Assembly: GCA_041946805.1 (NCBI GenBank)
Contig: JBHGBC010000156.1
Span: forward strand, 1-14,654
From: a bacterium
GTDB lineage: Bacteria; Hinthialibacterota; Hinthialibacteria; Hinthialibacterales; Hinthialibacteraceae
DNA: 14,654 nt
Reading direction: 5' to 3'
Shown here: one piece after another, positions 7,786-14,654 of the stretch
Layout of the letters: each line of letters starts with the position of its first letter
Numbering within the stretch: position 1 is the first letter of the stretch
Position numbers and translations under genes: made by a program
The notes under the pieces: model-generated
Databases searched by the model: none
Told to the model about the DNA's origin: nothing
Seen by the model: the letters and a program-made list of their open reading frames with translations, nothing else

Positions 7786-7814
7786 TTGCGAAGCTCCCGT
7801 AAATATGATTTAAT
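7786..7814 (+). promoter_or_regulatory. Putative sigma70-type recA promoter
   Basis: TTGCGA (7786-7791)-N17-TTTAAT (7809-7814), with an extended -10 TG at 7806-7807. Confidence 0.6.
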
Positions 7815-7830
7815 ACTCAAATGTTCAGTA
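7814..7830 (+). promoter_or_regulatory. Candidate repressor (LexA-like) operator
   Basis: TACTCAA-ATG-TTCAGTA is an imperfect palindrome (6 of 7 arm positions match) covering the predicted recA transcription start. Confidence 0.45.
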
Positions 7831-7864
7831 AATCAACATTATTGGATTGACAGGAGCAAAAATC

Positions 7865-8893
7865 GTGGCTACCGACTTGAAAGACCGCCAAAAAGCCATC
7901 GACTTGGCTATCGCCCAGATCGACAAGCAATTCGGGCGAGGAGCGATCATGAAAATGGGGGATGCGCCAATCCAGGCGATCGAGGTGATCCCGACCGGAT
8001 CGCTGGCCTTGGATTGGGCGTTGGGAGTCGGCGGCATCCCGCGGGGGCGGGTCATCGAGATCTTCGGTCCGGAATCGTCCGGGAAAACAACCCTGGCGCT
8101 GCATATCGTGGCCGAGGCGCAGAAACTGGGTGGTACGGCGGCCTTCATCGACGCGGAACACGCCATCGATGTGGTGTATTCATCCAAGTTGGGGGTGGAT
8201 ATCGACAATCTGCTGGTATCGCAGCCGGATACAGGCGAGCAAGCGCTGGACATTGTGGAAATGCTGATCCGCAGCAACGCCCTCGATGTGATCGTCATCG
8301 ATTCGGTGGCGGCGCTGGTACCCAAGGCGGAAATCGACGGGGAAATGGGGGATACCCAGGTAGGATTGCAGGCTCGGTTGATGTCCAAGGCGCTGCGCAA
8401 ACTGACCGGCATCCTGAGCAAGTCAAGCACCTGCGCCATTTTCATCAACCAGATCCGCGAGAAGGTCGGCGTGATCTTTGGCAATCCCGAGACCACCAGC
8501 GGCGGCCGCGCCCTGAAATTTTACGCCTCCGTGCGTCTGGATATCCGCCGCACGGGCAGCCTCAAGGAGAAAGGCGAGACCACTGGCAACCGGGTGAAAG
8601 TCAAGGTGGTCAAGAATAAGGTCGCGCCCCCGTTCCGGGAAGCGGAATTCGACCTGACCTTCGGCGAAGGCATATCCCAAACCGGCGAGTTGTTGGACCT
8701 GGGGGTGGAGCATAACATCGTCGAAAAAAGCGGCGCTTGGTACATGTACAACGACCAAAAACTGGGCCAGGGGCGGGAAAACGCCAAGGCCGCGCTCAAG
8801 GAAAACCAGGCCATGTTCAATGAGATCCAAATGAAACTAAGGGAAAAACTGGGTTTCATGGACAAGAAATCCGGCGAAAGCGGGAAAGAATAG
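7865..8893 (+). CDS. recA: Recombinase RecA
   Basis: Walker [42 protein letters not shown] and KNKVAPPF. Start set at GTG 7865, which follows an AGGAG RBS (7852-7856). 342 aa, no intein. Confidence 0.99.
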   Translation: MATDLKDRQKAIDLAIAQIDKQFGRGAIMKMGDAPIQAIEVIPTGSLALDWALGVGGIPRGRVIEIFGPESSGKTTLALHIVAEAQKLGGTAAFIDAEHAIDVVYSSKLGVDIDNLLVSQPDTGEQALDIVEMLIRSNALDVIVIDSVAALVPKAEIDGEMGDTQVGLQARLMSKALRKLTGILSKSSTCAIFINQIREKVGVIFGNPETTSGGRALKFYASVRLDIRRTGSLKEKGETTGNRVKVKVVKNKVAPPFREAEFDLTFGEGISQTGELLDLGVEHNIVEKSGAWYMYNDQKLGQGRENAKAALKENQAMFNEIQMKLREKLGFMDKKSGESGKE

Positions 8894-8932
8894 TTGGTAG
8901 AGCGGAATTCAATAGGTGATTTTTAAAAAACA

Positions 8933-10279
8933 ATGGCGGACTTATATGAAAAGGTAAAACGGTTTCAGCAAATTAACACGTCCTCCGCCCCGCCGAGACC
9001 CGCGGTCCCGCCGGCCGCTGTGGATCCCGCCTTGTCATCAAAACCATCCTTCCCGGACAAACTGCTCCAGGTTCCCGGCCTCGCCCGTGCGCGCGACCTG
9101 ATCGGCTTTATCGAAAAGCGCGACGTGGAGAAGAAACAATGGCTCTCGAGCATCGGCGTGGGAGAGGCCGTTAATGAGGAAGGCGCTTATGGATTCCGGG
9201 AAACGGTCGTATCCCCGCGCGCGATGGGGTATCGGGCGGAAGACCTCACCGGACCGGAGATGGTCCTGCAAATCCGCGACGCAACATTTGCGAGCATCGC
9301 TCCCACCCGGATTCTCTTTCTGGACACCGAAACCACCGGACTGGCGGGCGGCACGGGGACAGTCCCCTTTCTCGTAGGTATCGGTTCCTTTGAAGAGGGG
9401 GGCTTCCGGGTCCGGCAATACCTGATGCGCGATTACGACGAGGAACCGGCTGTGCTGCGGGCGCTGCACGATGAGATCAAAACGTTTCAAGCGGTGGCGA
9501 CCTACAACGGCAAAGGCTTCGACCTTCCTATCTTACACACGCGGTTCGTGATCAACCGCCTGCATCCGCGCCTCTCCGGCCTGCCGCACGCGGATTTCCT
9601 CTTTTCCGCGCGGCGGTTTTGGCGCGAGATGCTCCCGGATTGCCGGCTCATCACGGTGGAAGCGCGAATCTTCGGGCGGACGCGGGAAGACGATATCCCC
9701 GGCGAGCAGATTCCCACTGTTTATTTCGATTTCCTCCGCGGCCAGCGTCTGCACCGGATGCGGCCGGTGTTGAATCACAACGCGGAGGATATCGTCACCC
9801 TGGCGAAAATCGCGGCCCGCACCTGCCGGATGTTGCGGGATCCTTTCACCGAAACCGGTCACGGAATGGAACTGGCGGCGGCGGGCCGGTTCTTCGCGGC
9901 CGCGGGCGACTGGGAACAGGCCTGCGCCTGCTGGGATCACGCGCGCATAAACGGCAACCTGCCGCGCCGGCACCGCGGCCTGGTGTCCCGGAGTCTCAGC
10001 CTGCTATATAAAAAAATGGACCGCTTGGCCGAAGCCCTCGCCATCTGGCATGAGCTGGCTGAAACCGCCAATGACCTGCGCGCCTATATCGAACTGGCAA
10101 TGCACTACGAACACACGGCCCGGGATTACGCCACCGCGTTGCGGATGACCAACGCCGGCCTGGCTTTGCTGGAAAATCTGGACGAATCCGAGGTGGATTA
10201 TCCCATGAACCGCCGGGATCTGCTCGAAAAAATGAAACACCGCCGCGGACGCCTCACCCGCAAACTGAAACTCGGATGA
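8933..10279 (+). CDS. YprB/MrfB-like DEDD exonuclease (RNase_H_2 domain plus TPR-like helical C-terminus)
   Basis: FLDTETTGLAGGTGT, TYNGKGFDLP, REDDIPG and HNAEDI motifs, followed by helical repeats (EALAIW, AYIELAMHYEH...DYATAL). Starts 39 bp after recA. Confidence 0.85.
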   Translation: MADLYEKVKRFQQINTSSAPPRPAVPPAAVDPALSSKPSFPDKLLQVPGLARARDLIGFIEKRDVEKKQWLSSIGVGEAVNEEGAYGFRETVVSPRAMGYRAEDLTGPEMVLQIRDATFASIAPTRILFLDTETTGLAGGTGTVPFLVGIGSFEEGGFRVRQYLMRDYDEEPAVLRALHDEIKTFQAVATYNGKGFDLPILHTRFVINRLHPRLSGLPHADFLFSARRFWREMLPDCRLITVEARIFGRTREDDIPGEQIPTVYFDFLRGQRLHRMRPVLNHNAEDIVTLAKIAARTCRMLRDPFTETGHGMELAAAGRFFAAAGDWEQACACWDHARINGNLPRRHRGLVSRSLSLLYKKMDRLAEALAIWHELAETANDLRAYIELAMHYEHTARDYATALRMTNAGLALLENLDESEVDYPMNRRDLLEKMKHRRGRLTRKLKLG

Positions 10280-10450
10280 GGTCGAGCATTTGTTTCTCAT
10301 CCATGTACCATCCGGCGGACGCCTGATCCTTCCACGCCTCTACACCGGATTTCCCATACACAAAAATGAGGATCATCCGGCAAATGCGTACATTTCCCGA
10401 AGGGTGTAATCGGTTTCCAATGAATCGGGCCGAGAAAACCACCCCGACAG

Positions 10451-10485
10451 CCCTCTCCCCACGGGAGAGGGCCAGGGTCAGGGAA
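10451..10485 (+). repeat. CCCTCTCCC-N3-GGGAGAGGG palindromic repeat, copy 3
   Basis: CCCTCTCCCCACGGGAGAGGGCCAGGGTCAGGGAA: perfect 9-bp stem, 30/35 identical to 330-364, with a different loop sequence. Confidence 0.8.
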
Positions 10486-10678
10486 AGCCTTTTCGATATG
10501 CTATGACTTCACGGATTATTTCTACACCCAATGAAGCCATTGGCGGCCCCTTCAGTGGACAGCATTCAAAAAACACTGTTGGTTTCGATCCTGGGCAAAA
10601 TGTCTCAGGCATACGCATTTCCCGGATAAACCAAAAATGACTCCGGTTCTCCGCCTCTGCATCGGCGTCGCTCTTCCG

Positions 10679-10706
10679 TTGACAAGCCATGCCCGGTTCC
10701 GATACT
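10679..10706 (+). promoter_or_regulatory. Possible promoter for the hypothetical/GH28 pair
   Basis: Perfect TTGACA with a weak GATACT 16 bp downstream, about 70 bp before the ATG at 10775. Confidence 0.3.
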
Positions 10707-10774
10707 ACCACGAGACTCAAGCGGCTTATCGTCCGTATCCGCCAGCGAACCAGAACCAGGAGGAAAATCCGGGA

Positions 10775-11377
10775 ATGAAAATTTCCATCTTTCTATTGTA
10801 TATTTTTATCCTATCGCACTCCACATTCGCACAATCCGGCGATCCGCCCAAATCGTCCATCCCTCAGGATTTTATACTATCCAAGGGCGCGGCCGGCAAA
10901 ATCCATTTGGAGATGAGCGTGGATGAGGTATATAACCGATACGGCCGGGATAACACCCGCCTGGTGGATTTATTTTTGGAAGGATTCTTTACTCCGGCCT
11001 TGGAAATTTTCCTACCACCACCTGATCCCAAAGACGCGGCCCTGAAAGAATCCAAACCTTCCCTGATCGCAGAAATTCATTGCCCTAAACCGAACGCTTT
11101 TGCCGTATACCGCCTCCAGGTGTTCGATCCCCGGTTCAAAACCCGGGAAGGTATCGGCGTGGGAAACTCCCTGGGCGAGGCGCGGAAACACTTGAAGTTC
11201 AAAACCTTCGCCTCCAGCGAGGGAGGAATTGTGTGCGGCGTGGTAGAACCGCTGGGCATGACCCTATTGCTCGATTGGAATCCGCCGGACAATGACTTTT
11301 TGCTTGATCCAGAGCGTGTGCCGAACATGGCCAAAATAGAGTCGATCCTGATCGTGGATTCTCCGCGTGACGAATAA
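10775..11377 (+). CDS. Hypothetical exported protein
   Basis: Start re-assigned to ATG 10775 (AGGAGG at 10758-10763). MKISIFLLYIFILSHSTFA-Q looks like a Sec signal peptide. 200 aa, no family recognised with confidence. Confidence 0.7.
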   Translation: MKISIFLLYIFILSHSTFAQSGDPPKSSIPQDFILSKGAAGKIHLEMSVDEVYNRYGRDNTRLVDLFLEGFFTPALEIFLPPPDPKDAALKESKPSLIAEIHCPKPNAFAVYRLQVFDPRFKTREGIGVGNSLGEARKHLKFKTFASSEGGIVCGVVEPLGMTLLLDWNPPDNDFLLDPERVPNMAKIESILIVDSPRDE

Positions 11378-11413
11378 AACCATATTCGGCATCGGACTAG
11401 GAAAGAAACGGCC

Positions 11414-13033
11414 ATGACGCGTCCCCGCCTTCATTCGCCAAGATGTCATATTCCGCTATTTCTACTCCTGACTGTGCTTAGTGGCTACACCATGCGCGGG
11501 TATCCCGCCTGGAGCTTGTCCGCCGGGGAAGCCGTTTATAACGTCCGGCATCAGGGAGCGGCAGGGGATGGAACCGCCAAGGATACCGCCGCGGTCCAGA
11601 AAACCATCGACGCGTGCGCCGCGGCGGGCGGCGGCACGGTCTTCTTCCCAGCCGGGACCTACTTGTGCGGCAGCCTGCATCTCAAAAGCCATCTGGCGCT
11701 CTACCTGGACGCGGGGGCCACGATCGCGGCCAGCCCGGACGAAACGGATTTCGATCCCTACGAGACCTTCGATTACCACACCGATTCGGACCGGGAAACC
11801 ACGTATTTCCATTACAGCCTGTTGTGGGGCGAGAACCTCCGCCGCGTGTCCATCCTGGGGCCGGGGACCATCGACGGCAACCGAACCAAGCGGGGCGGCC
11901 CCAAACCCATCGCGCTGAAACAGTGCCAGGATATCCTCATCCGGGACATCATCATTCTCAACGCGCCCAATTACTGTATTAGCCTGCTCGGTTGCGATAC
12001 CGTGAACATCGACGGCATAACGATTCGCGACGCCTACTGTGATGGCATCGACCCGGACGCCTGCCGGTTTGTCCGGATCGCCAATTGCCATATCGAATCG
12101 TGGGACGACGCCATCGTGCTGAAGAGCAGCTTCGCCTTGGGCAAACGGCGCGCGACCGAATATGTCACCGTGACGAACTGCGTGCTGAGCACCAGCTGTA
12201 ACGCCTTCAAAATGGGGACCGAATCCGGCGGCGGATTCCGTTACATCACCGCTTCGAACCTGGTGATGTACAGCCCGCCAGGCAAACGGCCCATGATCTC
12301 GGGCATCGCGTTGGAAAGCGTCGACGGCGCGGAGGTGGACAACATCACGGTTACCGGCGTCAGCATGCGGGATGTCCGGACTCCCATTTTCCTGCGGCTG
12401 GGAAACCGGGGACGCGATATGGAAACCCCCATCCCGGGATCGCTGCGCAACATCATTATCAGCAACATCGTGGCCACCGGTGCGGCGACAGCTTGTTCCA
12501 TCACCGGGATTCCAGGACATCCAATCGGGAACGTCAGCCTGAACCAGGTGATGATCGAGTACCAGGGTGGAGGAACGCCCGAAACGGCGGAGGGGGCCGT
12601 TCCCGAACTGCCGGACGAATATCCCGGCGCGGACATGTTTGGAGAACTGCCCGCGTACGGCCTCTATGTGCGCCACGCCAAAGAACTCACGCTGCGGGAT
12701 ACGCGCTGGACCTTCACGAAAACCGACGCGCGACCTGTAGGCATCTTCGAGGACGTCGAAGGACTGCGCATTACAGGATTGACAGGTCAAAGCGCGGGAC
12801 AAATGCCCTTGTTTGAACTGCGCGATGTCCACGGGGCGGTATTGGAATCCACGGACGCCCCCTCCGGGACGGAAACTTTTCTAAAAATTCAGGGGAAGAA
12901 TTCGAAGAAAATCCGGGTGATGAAAAGCGATTTGCAGGAAGCGGAAAACGCGTTTTATCTCGATCCGGAGATACCGGACGGTGCGCTTTTTGAAACGGGG
13001 AACCGTCATGCCGGGGATAAGGGATCGGGATGA
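11414..13033 (+). CDS. Glycoside hydrolase family 28-like (polygalacturonase-type beta-helix) protein
   Basis: YNVRHQGAAGDGTAKDTAAVQKTIDAC...GGGTVFFPAGTYL N-terminus, GTIDG, acidic CDGID and DDAIVLKS motifs, KMGTES. A hydrophobic N-terminal segment suggests export. Confidence 0.85.
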   Translation: MTRPRLHSPRCHIPLFLLLTVLSGYTMRGYPAWSLSAGEAVYNVRHQGAAGDGTAKDTAAVQKTIDACAAAGGGTVFFPAGTYLCGSLHLKSHLALYLDAGATIAASPDETDFDPYETFDYHTDSDRETTYFHYSLLWGENLRRVSILGPGTIDGNRTKRGGPKPIALKQCQDILIRDIIILNAPNYCISLLGCDTVNIDGITIRDAYCDGIDPDACRFVRIANCHIESWDDAIVLKSSFALGKRRATEYVTVTNCVLSTSCNAFKMGTESGGGFRYITASNLVMYSPPGKRPMISGIALESVDGAEVDNITVTGVSMRDVRTPIFLRLGNRGRDMETPIPGSLRNIIISNIVATGAATACSITGIPGHPIGNVSLNQVMIEYQGGGTPETAEGAVPELPDEYPGADMFGELPAYGLYVRHAKELTLRDTRWTFTKTDARPVGIFEDVEGLRITGLTGQSAGQMPLFELRDVHGAVLESTDAPSGTETFLKIQGKNSKKIRVMKSDLQEAENAFYLDPEIPDGALFETGNRHAGDKGSG

Positions 13034-13224
13034 TCTCTCAGGTTGCCGCGATTGACGATCGATCGTCTTTTGCCGGAAAACTGTACGCGTCTAACGGATG
13101 AACCGTTATTATTATCCGGCTTTCCCTGCAATTTTCCCAGGGGGGAGGGGATTCAACCGGCGCGTTGGCTTTGTACCGAATACAATACAGGCAGGAAAAA
13201 AACATATCCGCGGAGGGATTCATT

Positions 13225-14514
13225 TTGAATGCCCGACATCGCGTGGTCATCGCCGGCGGGGGTTTCGCGGGGCTGTACGCCGCCAAGGTCCTGAAACGCG
13301 CGCCGGTGGACGTGGTTCTGATCGACAAACGCAATTTTCATCTCTTCCAACCGCTGCTGTATCAGGTGGCGGCCGGCGGCTTGTCGCCCGGGGATATCGC
13401 CTCCCCCCTGCGGGCGGTTCTCAAACGGCAAAAAAACGCCCGGGTCTTGCTGGGCGAGGTCACCGGCTTGGATGTCCGGCAAAAGCTGGTCATCCTCCGG
13501 GATGATGTCATCCCGTACGATACGCTGGTGCTGGCCACGGGGGTGCGGCATTCGTACTTCGGCCACGATGAGTGGGAAGCCATCGCCCCCGGCCTGAAAA
13601 CCGTCGAGGACGCCACCGAAATGCGGCGCAAAATCCTGCTGGCCTTCGAAGCCGCGGAGCGCGAGCCCGATCCCCCCAAACGCCAGGCCTGGATGACCTT
13701 CGTCATCGTGGGGGGCGGCCCTACCGGTGTGGAACTGGCGGGCGCGCTGGGCGAACTGGCCCAGTCCACCCTGGCGCGCGACTTTCGCTCCATCGATCCC
13801 GCCTCGGCCCGCATTCTGCTCCTCGAAGGCGGCGAACGCGTGCTGCCGCCGTATCCTCCCGCGCTGTCGGCCAAGGCCGAAGCCAGTTTGCGCCGGCTGG
13901 GAGTCACGGTGCGCGTCCGGACGCTGGTGACCGCGATCGATGATGACCACGTGGTGGTTACCCGCGAGGGCGTCCAGGAAATCTTCCCCGCGCGCACGAT
14001 CCTATGGGCGGCGGGTGTGCAAGCCTCGCCCCTGGGGAAACTCTTGTCCGAGCAGACTGGCGCGCCGCTCGACAAACTGGGGCGGATGATCGTCGAACCG
14101 GATCTGAGTGTGCCCGGATTTCCGGATATCCTGGTGATCGGCGACCTGGCCCATTTCGCCCACCCCAACGGAACCCCCTTGCCTGGCGTCGCTCCGGTGG
14201 CCATGCAGCAGGGAAGATACACCGCCCGGCGGATCGTGGCGCGGCTACGGGGACGCCCGGTCAAGCCGTTCCACTATTTCGACAAGGGGAGCATGGCGGT
14301 GATCGGGCGGGCGGCGGCGGTGGCCGATTTCAAGAAATTCCATTTTTCCGGCTATCCGGCTTGGCTGATCTGGTTGTTCGTGCACCTGTTGTACCTGGTG
14401 GAGTACGAGAACCGGGTGCTGGTGCTGATCCAATGGGCGTGGAGTTACTTCACCCGCAACCGCGGCGCGCGGCTGATCACCGGGCAGGATATCGTGCTGC
14501 TGAAGGACACTTGA
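13225..14514 (+). CDS. ndh: Type II NADH:quinone oxidoreductase (NDH-2)
   Basis: FAD motif VIAGGGFAG, HLFQPLLYQVA, NADH motif IVGGGPTGVELAG, WAAGV, IGD, APVAMQQG and C-terminal AWLIWLFVHL. Likely start is TTG 13225 after a GGAGGG RBS. Confidence 0.93.
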   Translation: MNARHRVVIAGGGFAGLYAAKVLKRAPVDVVLIDKRNFHLFQPLLYQVAAGGLSPGDIASPLRAVLKRQKNARVLLGEVTGLDVRQKLVILRDDVIPYDTLVLATGVRHSYFGHDEWEAIAPGLKTVEDATEMRRKILLAFEAAEREPDPPKRQAWMTFVIVGGGPTGVELAGALGELAQSTLARDFRSIDPASARILLLEGGERVLPPYPPALSAKAEASLRRLGVTVRVRTLVTAIDDDHVVVTREGVQEIFPARTILWAAGVQASPLGKLLSEQTGAPLDKLGRMIVEPDLSVPGFPDILVIGDLAHFAHPNGTPLPGVAPVAMQQGRYTARRIVARLRGRPVKPFHYFDKGSMAVIGRAAAVADFKKFHFSGYPAWLIWLFVHLLYLVEYENRVLVLIQWAWSYFTRNRGARLITGQDIVLLKDT

Positions 14515-14544
14515 CATTTTTTAAAAACTATTTATGTTGCAACA
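14511..14544 (+). promoter_or_regulatory. Possible promoter with overlapping palindrome for a gene beyond the window
   Basis: TTGACA (overlapping the ndh stop)-N16-TATGTT, overlapped by the perfect palindrome TGTTGCAACA (14535-14544), in an AT-rich tract. Confidence 0.3.
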
Positions 14545-14654
14545 ATTAATAATTTTGATTAATAAAGGCATATTAAGAACCTGTCTTCATGATATCGGGC
14601 ACAACCGCCCGAGGGTTTTCTTCAACATGGCGATCCGAACCATATTCTCGGAAT

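Noticed and set aside
7401..7820. Small ORFs in the pheT-recA gap as a pheS remnant or leader peptide
   Set aside because: No PheS motifs, no Phe-rich leader peptide and no T-box. The ORFs overlap each other and the repeats.
7717..8619. 300-aa same-strand ORF overlapping recA
   Set aside because: It is an alternative frame of recA with Gly/Arg-rich composition and no recognisable domain.
8891..8904. TAGTTGGTAGAGCG, resembling a tRNA D-loop, just after recA
   Set aside because: The gap is only 39 bp and has no acceptor stem, anticodon arm or T-arm.

Overview
GC-rich bacterial chromosomal segment, mostly housekeeping genes, with AT-rich intergenic islands. On the minus strand: pheT (no pheS directly upstream, and with its own sigma70-like promoter), zapB-like, zapA, a GT4 glycosyltransferase, a class I SAM methyltransferase and a GT-C (ArnT/PMT-like) membrane glycosyltransferase. 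Diverging on the plus strand: recA (preceded by a good promoter and an operator-like palindrome), a YprB/MrfB-like DEDD exonuclease, a secreted hypothetical protein, a GH28-like glycoside hydrolase and a type II NADH dehydrogenase. Most long intergenic gaps carry short palindromic REP-like elements of several distinct families. I found no rRNA, tRNA, CRISPR array, transposase or prophage gene. The best leads are the recA-mrfB-like pair with a candidate non-canonical SOS box, the split pheS/pheT, the coupling of zapA to glycosylation genes, and the mixed REP clusters. All product calls come from motif recognition by eye, not from database searches.
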